This document shows positions 31,280 to 46,189 of a stretch of 64,000 nt of DNA, in pieces. Each line of letters begins with the position of its first letter. The stretch's first letter is position 1. The position numbers and the translations under genes are program-made. The notes below the pieces were generated by a model. It had not been told where the DNA came from. It ran no database searches and saw only the letters and a list, made by a program, of their open reading frames with translations. The DNA comes from the human T2T-CHM13v2.0 reference genome, Homo sapiens: assembly GCF_009914755.1 (NCBI RefSeq), contig NC_060927.1; one strand, 5' to 3'.

Positions 31280-32111
31280 GGTCTTCATATAGAACTATAA
31301 GTAGTTTTTAAAAATCATGCTATGGCATAATGATTGTATACCAGAAATTAGTTAAATAAAATGTGGTACATCCATTCAGTGGACTACTATGTAGCCTTTT
31401 TAAATGGCTACATGGATTTACAGTTGCCAATATCAAAAGTCAGATACATTGTTTCATTAAATTAAGAAGCATGTTAACTTTGTCAAAGACAACAGTGATA
31501 TTATGATTATAAAGAAAACTATCTTCTTTTTATTGAAAATACATGCTGGACATGCACTAAAAGTACTGAGATGTCTAATTTATTATAAAATAGTTATATA
31601 CACAAATATATAGATACCTGTATCTAGAGATATGTCTCTAGATACAGATGGATAAATACACAAACATACACAACACAGAAAATATGGCAAAATGTTAACT
31701 ATTACTGCATCTAGAAGGAAGATTTATTCATGTTTATTATACTTGACTTTGAGGTCCTATACGTTCAAAAATCTCATAACAAATATTTTTTAACATATGT
31801 AAACCATCATCCTATTTTTTAAAGGGAAATGTGCACATAAATATGTATAAATTATTTCTGGAAAGATCAGCTAGATTAGCTATGATTATCCAGATGTGGG
31901 CTTACATACTATTCTTTGTTTTCTTTTATACTTTACTGTGTTTGTAAGTTTTGTGCAATGAGAATGCATTTCACTTTTATATTCAGAAAAAAAAATTAAG
32001 CTATTCCACAAAGCTTTCAATTCAGAAGTCATCACAATGTTCTGCACATAAAAATGTGGCATCAAGTGTTGCCATGCTCAACACTGAAATGCTGGTGGTT
32101 TCTCCTCTCAC

Positions 32112-32181
32112 CTGTGATGAAGACCTCGCAGCTTACAACTTTCAGTGAGCATCATTGTCACCTGAATTTCAGAAGCTTGAT
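32112..32181 (-). CDS. RYK: RYK exon 10
   Basis: Encodes QASEIQVTMMLTESCKLRGLHH; tag| and |gtgag; 70 bp. Confidence 0.96.
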
Positions 32182-33588
32182 CTATATATAAAGAAAAGAA
32201 AATGTCTTGAATAATAATACTACATATATGGCATTAACATTTTCTGCTATTAGTAAATAATTATCTTGAACTATAAGGTACATAGGTTTTCATTATAAGT
32301 TACAGGTAAATCTAAATAGATCTAGATAAAAATTCTACTGCAGTCTCATTAAATAGGTCAATTTTCCCAGAAATTTTTATATTAAAATCAATTAAGTTTC
32401 CATAAACAAAGCAGAAAATGCAATAACAGACTGGAAAAACATATGCAACACATAAGGCATATATACTGCTAACTTCCTTTTTTCCTATTTAAATAGCTCA
32501 TATAAATCAATAAGAAAAAGAGGCAGAGGATATAAACACACAGTTCACTGAGAAAATAAAAAACAAATGACACACAAGATTACAAAACGACTCACAGCCT
32601 CAGTCCTAAGAAATGCAAATTAAACCAGGAGATGCCATTTCCCCTGTCAAATTGAGACACAAAAAATTCCACTACCTACTATTAAGAATTTGGGCAAGAG
32701 TGTGAGAAAACAGGTTCATCAATAGTAGCTTGGATAGATGGAGAAAGCAACATGTAACAAAATTTTGAAATGCAGATATACCTTCCATCATCAATCCCAC
32801 TGCTAAGAGTCTCTGTTACAGATATAGTCACAAAAGCTCATCTATGTACAATGTAATAAGAGCACTGTTCAATGGCAAAAAAACTCAACCACCAAAGTAC
32901 CCACTAACAAAGAACTAATTAAATTGACACAATGGGATACTATGTGGCTACTTTTGAAAAATGAGATATGTACTGACAGAGGACGATCTCTAAGGTATAT
33001 TAAATTTCAAAAACAAGGTACAACTTGTGTTTACATATCCTAATATTTCTTACATATTAAGGAATTGTTTACATATGATGGCTACTTTTCAAGATGGGAG
33101 AATTTAGGTTTTGTACCTTTCTGTTCTGTTTATACTTCCTAACCTAACAAACATTACAGGTATAAAATGACTACAAAAGTTATGATTGGAGATTATGGCC
33201 TATTCTGTTGCTTTCTTCTTTTTACTTCTCTGTGGTTAAAAACAAACAAAAAGAACTAATAATACAGTAGTAAAAATATAGTTAACTTTCATATGATAAC
33301 CAAAATTAGAATTATGCCATTTTAGTTTTAGTTTCTAAACTCATGGTTTTTGGTCCAAAGTAGCAAAACAGAACAAATGAACTTTTAGGTCAATGTTTTT
33401 GAAACAAAAACATGATAATGCAATTTACCAATATCTTTAAGTCTACATCTCCAAAGGAATTTTTAAGCCTTCAAATATTTGCACAAATCCACAAGGATTC
33501 CTCATCTTATAGGGACCACGACCTTAACAGTATAGAGGAATTTCTCCACTGCTTGAAAAGAATATTTCTATTATAAAATTGAAAATGC

Positions 33589-33930
<342 letters not shown>

Positions 33931-34040
33931 TTAAATGTTAAAACAAACTTAACAGTATATTCTTAAAAACCCTTTCAAAGAAACCCATAACGAATTTTTA
34001 CATCAGTAGTAAAAACAGCAATAATAATTTGTAAAGCTCA

Positions 34041-34270
<230 letters not shown>

Positions 34271-36122
34271 ATTTATAAAGCTTCGGACCAATGCAATAAG
34301 AGGAAGAGAGAAATGTAAAAGACTGGCAAAGCCAAGATTCATATTCTAGACCCACCTAGGAAAATGCTGAACCAACAATAAAACCCACCCCACTGAATTC
34401 AGATACTATGATTGTCACATTTGGTCTTTAAATGTGGAACTGTCAAAGCTGAGAAATCTCAAATTTCATTTACTTCCACATCTACCCATTGGAATCTCAT
34501 TCCTGCTTCACTTCGTCTTGCTTCACTTCCATTACTTGCTACTAAGTGTCCCCTTTCCAAGCAACTTCTCTTAGTTAAGACTTTTGTAGGAATGTAAAAT
34601 GGGTAGACAAAAAGCCAAGGATCTGAAACATTCGGTACTTCTTTGGAAAAGGTGCTTCATATCAATGTCTGCTGGAATAAACTCTAAGTGTCTACAAACT
34701 GCTTGTGGGATTTCTTAGTAAATAGCAAAATGTGCCTTTATTACTCTTTCTATAACCTAAATAATTTCTAATGAAATTATGGCCAGGACTACTGGAGGCT
34801 AGTAGGATCTTTTCAAGACTGAAAACTAGTAATAGTTGGAGGTCCCTGCCCAGTTAAAAAGACTTTTACCATTCCCTCAACTGGTAAGGAGATCTAAGTA
34901 CAACAAATGGTAATTTCAGAATGTGTCATTTTATACTTACTTTTTTCAAGTTTTTATTTTGATAAGCATGTTCTATTAAAGCAAAGGACACTTGAATGAT
35001 GATCTAAGAAAACTCAATTAAAGATAAAATAACTTTATCCATTTAGTAAGAAAAACTCGTTTTCTTGGATTCCTTTCCCAGTCTCATCCTAGTCTTTTAA
35101 TTACATAATGAAAGGTCTATCTTCAAGATGTACACATTTGAAAAGGGTACTATTAAATATATTCTAAAAGTTACAAGGATGCACAAAATGATTTTTAAAA
35201 ACAAACACTTGCTTATTTACAAAACTATAAAAATTTAGTAGCTATAATAAAGAAAATAAGAACTTAATACCAGTAAATCCAAACTGATTCATTTATTTTA
35301 TGGAATTCAATTTCACAATATTTAGTGTGTAAGATTCGGGTTGCTAATTTCAATCTCTGGAAATTTATACTGGAGTATCTATGAAGTCTCTGTATAAAAT
35401 TATGAATATTTTTAAAAGCCAAACTCCAATTTTCTGCTTATGCCTAAAGGCAAAGGTCAGTGCTTTCTAAAACACTGTTTTTTTATTTTATGCTAAACTT
35501 CTAATTGTGCAACATGTAACAAAGCATACAGATTTGTGAAAGACCTTGGTCAGCTCTATGTGGCTACAACTAAAACCATAAAAACAGCATTCCAAAATAA
35601 TCAATCTCAGAGACAGTCATGTGGCGCTATCTCTCTAACAAATCTGAGGCAATGCACTTCCCCTCTGTCCCCCATAAGGACTCACTGTGCTTTCTCTTAT
35701 TTCCGCACAGCTCACAGAGAACATTATAATTACAGTGGTAAAGCACAGAAACAACCAGTGACTACAAGTCAAGCATATACGGAAAGAGAAGTCTTATCTT
35801 GTGAAACAGTCCAAGTATACTCATTGTGTTTTCTTATCACTATTATTTCCTTTTATCTCCCCTTCCAACCCTAAATCAACCCAATTTTGTATAAAAACCT
35901 CCTTCCTTAATTCAGAACAAGTCAATAATAGCCCAGTTCTACACAGTCTATAGAATACTTACAAACCCCGGAAGAAATATTTGAATTAAGGAGTTTCCTT
36001 AAAAAAAAAAATGAGAAAAGAGTAACAAAAGGCTGTTGTTTAATAACCTTATAGTTCAAATTTTACATTTACAAAAAGTAATATGTAAACTCTCCTAGTC
36101 AGAAAACCTACTGGGACCTAAC

Positions 36123-36148
36123 TTACACTTGGTCTTAGCCGAAAGGAT
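36123..36148 (-). pseudogene. Tailless, 3'-truncated U2 snRNA retrocopy
   Basis: Reverse complement ATCCTTTCGGCTAAGACCAAGTGTAA resembles the U2 5' end (ATCGCTTCTCGGCCTTTTGGCTAAGATCAAGTGTAG); flanked by ggacctaac at 36114-36122 and 36149-36157. Confidence 0.75.
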
Positions 36149-36671
36149 GGACCTAACACATAAATATTACCCTTTAAAAGTGTTTTTGGTGCTGGGAAGG
36201 GGTGAATGAATAAAATAAATATTGAATGATATAGTAAATTAAACCACTTGTTTAGAAAATATTAAAGAGGTGTGTGTGTATGGATGTATTTGTAGCAGCC
36301 TTAAACAAACAATTTTGTTCAATTAAAAGCAATTCCAAAGATTTTTTGTTAGACTGGTATAACCCAACTTTTTACAACCAATAAACATAAACCCTTCATA
36401 CTTTCCATGTATTCCTTTAAGTAAATTTAGAAACAGTTCTTATAAATTAACTTCATAAACTGTATAAAATTTTATCACTTTCTACTCATAAAACTGAATT
36501 TAATCTTCCCTTCAGTTTCTGAAGGGAAAGTGCTAAATTTGTTTTTAGATATTATTAGCATGTCTTCTCAATTTACATCAGACCTGATAGACATTAAGCA
36601 CCCTATAAATTATCACATTTTTCTTTCTCTCTAGATAAGCAAATAAGACTTACCTCAGAATTATTATCATC

Positions 36672-36973
36672 ATTTTTAAAAATTAAAACAGGATCTTGCT
36701 CTGTCACCTAGGCTGGAGTACAGTGGCATGATCAGGGGTCACTGCAGCCTTGAATTCCTGGGCTCAAGCAATCCTCCTGCCTCATCCTCCTGAGTAGCTG
36801 GGACTACAGGTATATGCTACCACACCCAGCTACTTTTTTTTTTTTTTTTTGTAGAGACGGGGGGTCTTGCTATATCGCCCAGGCCGATCTTGAACTTATG
36901 GACTCAAGCAATCCTCCTGCCTTAGCCTCCCAAAGCATTGGGATTACAATTGTGAGCCATTGCACCCAGCTCT
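36672..36973 (-). mobile_element. AluJ
   Basis: Antisense diverged Alu dimer. Confidence 0.88.
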
Positions 36974-37261
36974 TAATTCAGAACTATTTAAGCTTTCACA
37001 AGCATCTGTTGTAAGTAATTAAAATTCTAGTATTTTTTAAAGTCTTGCAAATCTACCAGTAATAGGAAATAAGCCATATGCCTGCATAAATAACACTGTA
37101 GTATCTTGATAGGGAATCTTTAATTAAATAACTTATACACATCAATAAATTAAAAATTAGGCGTCACATTTCAAACGCTGGCCCAAAAGAAGAATATGTG
37201 AAAACAGTTATTCTGTTCATGACAATATAAACCAGTGCTATCTTTTAGAGGACAATCTAAC

Positions 37262-37573
<312 letters not shown>

Positions 37574-37947
37574 CTATTAAAATTTTAAATGTACACACCC
37601 TTAGGCCAGCAATTCCAACTATGGCTATACCTGCAAAAGTATACCAACACTAAACATAGTAACAATGAAATCAAGTGGATGCAGTTTGACTTGCAATTAA
37701 CTGAGTAATATCTAAGAAATGTCTTATGTCTTAATTTAACAGACTTCTGTTTTTCTATACTTAATGAGAACAACCCAAATTTCCAAAACAATTAGGCTCA
37801 TATAAGACAATTTTTGTTTTCAGCTAAATTAACACTGACTGATTTAAAAGGTCTGGCACACATTGGGAAACTGAGACAGAATTTTGCTGGCAGGAGCCAC
37901 CTGAGACAGAAGAGCATCATGGAAATACTATGGAAAAAAGATCCTAC

Positions 37948-38034
37948 CTTTAACTGTTTTGACAAATGCTTGTTTTTCTTTATTTGGATCTTTTTCATCT
38001 ATTAAAATCCCATGGAAAATACGCCCAAAAGTAC
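37948..38034 (-). CDS. RYK: RYK exon 9 (kinase subdomains I-II)
   Basis: Encodes TFGRIFHGILIDEKDPNKEKQAFVKTVK; AG/GT ends; 87 bp. Confidence 0.96.
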
Positions 38035-38592
38035 CTAAAAGGAAAAGTAATAATTAATGAGATCATACAACATTCATAAAATTATAGTACAAAACTTTCT
38101 GGCACAATATAACATAAAACAAAAATAACAAGGTCATATGTGATCAACATTACTGTAGCCCTAGAGTAAAAAGACCCAAATCTTTGGTTTTAACGACTGT
38201 TAAAAGTTTTTTGTGACTATTACACATCTTAACTTGCTTTCAGAAACACCATATCTAAACTAAGTATATGAAAATTTTCCTGAATTATACTAAATAAACT
38301 AATGATATAGCCAGGAGCATTGGAGCTCAGTAATGAGGTATCCACAATGGCATTTATGAGTTTCTAGGCTTAGCCTCAGAGAAATGACGAAAAGACAAAA
38401 ATGAACTTTCCTCTCTACCGCAGAGCCTTAAAAAGTAGCTTCAAGGGAAGGCCAGGGAGTACAAGTTTTGGATCCAGACAGTCCTGGGTTCCATTCCTTC
38501 TACCACTCACTCCTCAGAAGGTCTCAGACAAGCCAATTAGACTCTCGGTTCACTGGTAAAATGTGTTCCTAAAAACTCTTAGAGTGAGAAGA

Positions 38593-38885
<293 letters not shown>

Positions 38886-40954
38886 TTATAGTAATAAGAG
38901 AAGTTAGTTATGACCTTTGCGGGTGCTAGGGAAGGAACTAAGAAAATCCATCTAGATTTTATTACCAATTTTGTAATTGCCCATAGAAAACTCCCAAACA
39001 AGATGATCACTGAAAATGAATCTCATTTTACTCTTTCTCACTAGAAAATTGTTTACTTTCCTTCCTTCACAATTTAAAAGATAAGCTTGCAAATAGTTTC
39101 ACTTTGCTGCAGATACCATGCATACAAATAGGCTTGCTCTAATGCCTTCCACTCTATGAGGTGGAGTTGTTGGTATCCATGTATCATCAGGTTTCACTGT
39201 GGCCTAGAGACAGAGTAACTTGTATGCTCAAGGCAGAAAAGACTTTGGATAATCTTCATTTAAGACATTTTGCTTGAAGCTGAGTAAATATCTTCAAACA
39301 CTCTAGTCAATACATAGAGCTACACACCCTGACCTGTCTTCCTCACAAAGGTTTTCCCTTCTCTCTCCAGCCAAGTTCACCTTGCTTGACTGAGCTTCTT
39401 AACTCTCTTGCACTGAAGCACTGCAAAACCTCCTGTCTCCTCTTCCCAGTACCTAGTCCCATTTTTAAATATTACTCTCAAACACAGATTTACATATACT
39501 TAAAAACAATGGAAGTAAGGAACATACACAAAAATATATATGTACATATTACTTTACCACAATGTTACAGCAATTCACATTCCTACCAGCAATGTAAAAG
39601 AGCATGTGTTCCTCCATACCCGTCAACCTAGAAATTATCTTACTTTTTCACAAACTAACGTAAAAAAAAAAAATCGCATGTAACTATTGTTTTCTTTGCA
39701 TTTATCAGATTTCCAGTGAACCTGACCACCTTTTTAAATGTTAATCAGCCACCATATTTTCTTTTCTGAAATCAAAAGAATTTTAAAATAAACTATTATG
39801 GGCCTGAAAAGACCAATAAAGAAAAACTCTACCTGGTTCAGAATTCCTTCTTCTCAAATCATACCACTACAACAGATTGCCTATTCTATCCCATTCAGAG
39901 ACCAAAAGAAACTGCAAATATAACATTAATTGATCTCTCATTTTTTTTTATCCTTTAGGAAATGCTACCTGGTCTACTTACTCTCTTCAGATTGCAAAAA
40001 GATCTGCAAACTAGTTATGCTTAGAAAACAGTCAACTATTAACAAGTGGCAATCATGCATTTTAAGACATACCAGAAAATCTGCTTCCATTAATTACCAT
40101 TTGCTACTGGGGACAGTTTAAGTACCTGACTTAGCTGTGATTGACCTAAATGTGTCCCAACCAGCAAAGGAATACATAAGGAGGACTCATAAGTATCCAA
40201 AGCATTCCAAACTGAATTACAGTGGAGGTAAAAAAGTAATTCTCTATTTAACAACATGAAGAGCTCAGTGCAGTATTTTATTATTAATTTCTGTCTTCTT
40301 CTTTCAGCATCTCCCTAATCAATACCCTCCAATTCAAAAAGGAAAGCAAGGCCCAGTGAGAGGTGAAGGGAAGCATACTAACACCTGGCAAACACTATTA
40401 TGTGTTCATTCATTTACTGTACCTAATTTCATCTCATCTTTATAACTAGTCTAAGAGATGACAACGCAGTCCAAATTTATAGAGGAGGGAACTGGAGACT
40501 GAAGACATTACGTGATTTCTCCAAAGCCACACGGAGAATAAAATGTGGGATTGGAACTAAGGACCAAAACCAAAGCCCAAGCCCATGTCCATTCCTTCCG
40601 CTACAACCCCCAAGTTATCCGTCAGAGAGAAAGTAACTTAGACTATCTCAGAGAGACCTGCCAGGTAGTGGCCATTTTAAATAAAAACCAAACAGAGAAT
40701 ACACCTTAAATATAGCCAACAATAATATACGTGCTTTAATATACTTGAAAATCAAGAACTGCACCAAAGTTGTACAAGGCCCATTCAAGTATAGGAGCAA
40801 ATGAAAATAATTTTTATAAAAGAAAAACCATACACTGCTTCCTATCCTTATCTTAGACACAAAATGAGATGAAATTTTTTAAATTTTTGAAAAAAGTGTC
40901 TATAGTGGTAACATTAAATCATACTTAAAAAACCGACTTTGAGATAATAAATAC

Positions 40955-41080
40955 CTTCTTGGAGTACATCTTTTAGAGTTATCCTCTCTCTGGATATTGC
41001 TATATCCTTCACCTTGCCTTTGGCCTCCAAAAGAGTGACACTTCTCAAGTCGTTCTTCTCTATCCGCAAGGTAGGATAAC
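40955..41080 (-). CDS. RYK: RYK exon 8 via AG acceptor (extends to 41089 via TG acceptor)
   Basis: Encodes YPTLRIEKNDLRSVTLLEAKGKVKDIAISRERITLKDVLQE; ttag| acceptor, |gtattt donor; 126 or 135 bp. Confidence 0.96.
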
Positions 41081-41466
41081 CTAAGGAGCCAACAAAGCCA
41101 AACCAAGCAATATAAATACCCTTATTATGGTATTGGAGTCAACTAGTTCAGTTAGAACCTCAGGACTCAGGTCACAGGAATGAGTGTAAGAATCATAAAA
41201 GGAAACAGGCATATATATGAACTAGGAGAGTTATTTGAAGGCCACACTAAATGTTAAAGAAATGTCTCCTCACCCACCACAATACTACTCCAAAATGTTA
41301 AAATTCTGAACTGCAACAAGAAATCCTAAAAATAGTATTACCATGACCACCACTTCAATTGCCTTTTAGCCAAATGAAACAAGCTTTGATCTGTGAAATT
41401 TCATTTAATCCTTCTTATGGACAGTTTTTCTCCCAAAAGGTTTTCTAATATAGTCTCATAACACAC

Positions 41467-41604
41467 CAACTTTTCAAATGAAGACATGTTTGAAAAGATT
41501 TTTTTCAAACATCTCTTCATTTGAAAAGTTGTTTTGTTTGAACAAACAAAAAGTTTCAAACAGAAAGTTATTTTTGTTTGAAAAGGCTTTTTTCAAACAA
41601 AATA
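41467..41604. repeat. Cluster of inverted repeats
   Basis: 30-bp arms at 41467-41496 and 41502-41531 (1 mismatch), plus 9-bp and 13-bp arm hairpins. Confidence 0.9.
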
Positions 41605-42266
41605 CATAATCAATGTAATTATTCTGGTATTACCACATCCTAGTAAAACCATTGTGAGATTCAAATTTAATAAGTTCCCTTAATTCTCATTCATTCTTAA
41701 TTCAATGACAGTAAAAACAGAATTTACAGCCACAAATTAGTTTTCACTTCAAGAAAAAAAATGTTAGAATAAAAGGAAAATCTGGCTTTAGCAAGTAGAA
41801 GTTGGAATGGCATCTCCAGATAATGGGAAGAAACCTCCCCCCAAAATTAGTGGACCTATGCAATGATCATCAATGGTTGCCAGGAGAACCACATGAAAAG
41901 TTTTGGGCAACTTTACAATGCATGTAGACTGACACCACCTGAAACCACTGATTGGCAGCAGTTTGACTGTGATAGACTGTCTAGGTGTGTGAGTATATGT
42001 GAATGTTTAATTCTACCTGGAGTTCTCTTAGTTTCCTGGATCTGTGATCTGTTGCGTTGTTATCTTAGAAAATTCTTGGCTACTATGTCTTCAAATATTT
42101 TTTTCTTCCTCTTTTTCTATCTGTAAACAAATGTATTTCTATTGACTTTTTTAAAAAGTGTTTGTTTTCAGTATATATATATGTAGTAAGTAAATTATCT
42201 AGCTCCTTACGGTAATGGCCATGATTACAAACAAGTAAATTTCTTATTGATGGCAACAATTTTTAA

Positions 42267-42588
<322 letters not shown>

Positions 42589-44187
42589 CCTTTGACTTTT
42601 TTAAGAAAGTATTTTAGCATGTATAACAACAATTCCCTACCTCTTTGAGGTCACGTATAACAATTAAGAATCCATTCTAATGAGCAAAGATTGATATTTA
42701 AACATTAAAAGCAATGATGTGCCTCTTCTGAGTAGCTTAAACTACTTTCACATCTATCGTATTTCCTAAAAAGCATATATTTCTTTCTTCATTAGTGGGA
42801 AGAGTAGCTGCTATTATTATTTCCCTTAAATTTTGTTTACTGTATAATGCCTTCTTTCCTCCTTTTTTCTTGCCACTGTCTTATTGAAGAAACTGGGTCG
42901 GCTACCCTGGAAAATGTTTGGCCTCTACTTCTTCAAGTAGTATTTCCTGTAAACTGTAAGTCAGGTCTATAACCTTGATCAGATCCAGGTTAACTTGTAG
43001 GGGGTGCAGCAGGGACAGAAAAGAATGCTCCATGAATGGTACATCATATCCTTGGGTACGAAATACCTAGGTCCCCTACTTTTAGTAATGCTGAGTTCAT
43101 CAGTGTATTCAGGTGGTGACAGCCTGATCCCTCAATGGCAGAGTTCCCCATTTTCCTTTCAATCACTGATGATCTTTTTCTGAATCAACTATTTTATCAG
43201 GAGTTGCACATGTGATTTTCTAATTATATAATTTCTTCCACATTTATTAGCTGAGAATCATCTGTAAAGAAAAATTTTCTCTCATCCACCAGCACCATCT
43301 GGTTAACCTGAAATACAGTTCATGTAGTCAGTTGGTAGAGTAAGGTATTCACTGGAGCCTTAGTCACCTCTCATAATGAACAATTTTGTTAAATAATGTA
43401 TTATTACAAATTTGTGGATTTTTACACATTTTACGTTTTAATTCATTATAGTCATTATTCATTTTGATGATCAAATGGTCCTATCTTTAGCCAGTGGAAG
43501 CTCTTCAAGTCTTAGCTATTTCCTTGATATCTGACTCAGCAACATGTCCCAGGCTTATCTTGTTCACTTCCTAACTCAGACCTGGAATCAGCCATTTCTC
43601 CAAAAAATCCTGGTTCTTTTTCATGGGAGACAGTACTGGAAAACCACAATAGGGCACTGGGTAGAGGACAGATATCTTAATCTTATTTTACTAAAGAATA
43701 AATGCCAGTCCAAAAAAGGAAATCAGATCCGACATTCTCAACTTTCCAGTGGTAGCTAACTTCCTATTATGATTAAAAAACAATGTAAAGTCTTCACCAT
43801 GGCCCATAAGACCATCAAACAATTCCTTACAGTCTAAAGTCTCTGTCTTTATGCAGCTCAATAGTTAATTCCATATAGTTACCTGAAAAATCTTCCTTTT
43901 GAATTTCTATAGAAGTGACTTAGTAGCCCTTTTAGTATAATAAATCTATGGAAATCTCCCGAAAGCCACACCAATTCTAGCAAACTTAAATTTCATTTTT
44001 GATACCTCAATTTTAGAATGTTTCATTCAATGCTCTAGAAAGCAAAAGTTGAAGAGCATACCTAATTTTGCATACTTTAGATACGATTTACACAACATGT
44101 CCCACAAGTACACTAACCATGCAAGACCACTGGGAAGCAGCATAGACAACTTGAGTAAACTGGCTTTAGAATTAAATTAACTCTTAC

Positions 44188-44288
44188 TGGTGATAGGAGT
44201 TGCATTGTTGGGCGTGTCTGCTCTCAGATACTGAGTCGTCTGGGTGGATGGCTGAGACAGCCCTTGGGAACTACTGCTGGCACTAATG
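44188..44288 (-). CDS. RYK: RYK exon 7 (Ser/Thr-rich juxtamembrane region)
   Basis: Encodes ISASSSSQGLSQPSTQTTQYLRADTPNNATPIT; tgcag| and |gtaag; 101 bp. Confidence 0.97.
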
Positions 44289-44770
44289 CTGCAAACAATT
44301 TTTGAGAGAAATATTTGACAAGTCAGTTTCAATGAGAAATTTCCTTTTTCCATACATACAAAATGCACATAGCCATTAAAACCAGCCTAAAATCCTTACG
44401 GAGATCACAATAATTCATGATGTTCCAATACTGATATTTTAATCTAACTCCTATAGAGCTCTATTTTTTCTTTCATTTCTATCTCCAAAATCATTAAGCG
44501 AGTTCATCTTATCAAAATTATTCAGAAATGTAGGTACTAGTGCTCAGACACCTCAGCTAATTGTCCTAAACTTCACACACAAATATGTTAGGGAACTACG
44601 GATCATCTCTCAAAAAAAGAGCCCATGTCATTCAATTAGATTGCTTTTTAGAAAAGAAGAAGAAAGACAGGCCTCTTTCAATGATGGCCCAATATCAAAT
44701 GGCCTACAGATAAAGAAAGAGCAAACCAAATCAAATGTGCCAACATGCTCGGAGCTTAGAAAGGAGTATT

Positions 44771-45113
<343 letters not shown>

Positions 45114-45567
45114 CTACTTCCCCAATCCCTCCCTTTCATCCAACTTCTGGGAAATCTCTAGTACTTGAAACACTACACCATATTCTCTAAATAATACAGG
45201 ACACCAAGAAGATGATAGGTTCAAATAATTGTAAACCTTGTGTTCAAGATTACTGCAAAGTAATGCTGCTCAAGCATGTAGTTTTGTCTTTTCAGTGGGG
45301 AGAAACCTTGTCTCGTGGGTACATTTCGGTCTCACTGCCTTAGTTCTTATAATTTTGCAGCAGTGGAGACGTGAAACATAGAAATTCAGCATGAAGGGTG
45401 AAACCAGATAGCAGGATAGGTCTTTCAATGCCTCTCTTAGCTACAGGATCAGCAGTGCCCAATCAAGTCTCCAACTTTCCTTAATATGCAAAATCTTTTA
45501 ACTGACCACTTCCCACATAATAATTCTGTATTTTCAAAAACTGGTGATTTAAAAAAATACATAATAA

Positions 45568-45685
45568 AGCTGAGTGCGGTGTGAAGCCTGTAGCTGCAGC
45601 TATTTGGAAGGCTGTTAGGCAGATCACTTTAGTCCAGGAGTTTGACGCCAGCCTGGGCAACATAGTGAGACCCTGTCTCTGAAAC

Positions 45686-45734
<49 letters not shown>
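45568..45734 (+). repeat. FLAM-like Alu monomer with (CA)n microsatellite tail (about 45689-45734)
   Basis: Monomer sequence followed by about 23 AC units. Confidence 0.85.
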
Positions 45735-45736
<2 letters not shown>

Positions 45737-46090
45737 CTGCTATGTAATCTATAACATTTATATATGAATGTTTATCAATTTCAAGAGCCCATACACAAAT
45801 CTGAAAAATGTAAATATATAACATCCAGGCAATGAGGACTGTAAGTCTTTATGTAGCCTTTCTATGGCTAATAATACAATATACTACTATCTGCTATTGT
45901 AACCAAACATCTGTAGAAAGTCATAGCAAAAATTAAGATAGAAATGTCCTGCAATAAACATTTGGAGAGCACTTATAATATGCAAACCATTCTGCTCAGC
46001 ACAACCATAGATCTCAAGATACATGTTTGCCTAATGAAATGCCCCCCCAGCATGCCGTCCCTGAAGATGTCCATCATTTTAGGTTATCTA

Positions 46091-46189
46091 TTAGATTGGT
46101 GCAAAAGTAATTGCAAATTGCAGTTTTTGTCATTGCTTTTAATGCTATTGCTTTTAATGACAAAAACTGCAATTACTGCACCAACCTGA
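46091..46189. mobile_element. MADE1 mariner MITE with internal micro-duplications
   Basis: ttagattggtgcaaaagtaattgc...gcaattactgcaccaacctga with TA flanks. Confidence 0.88.
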
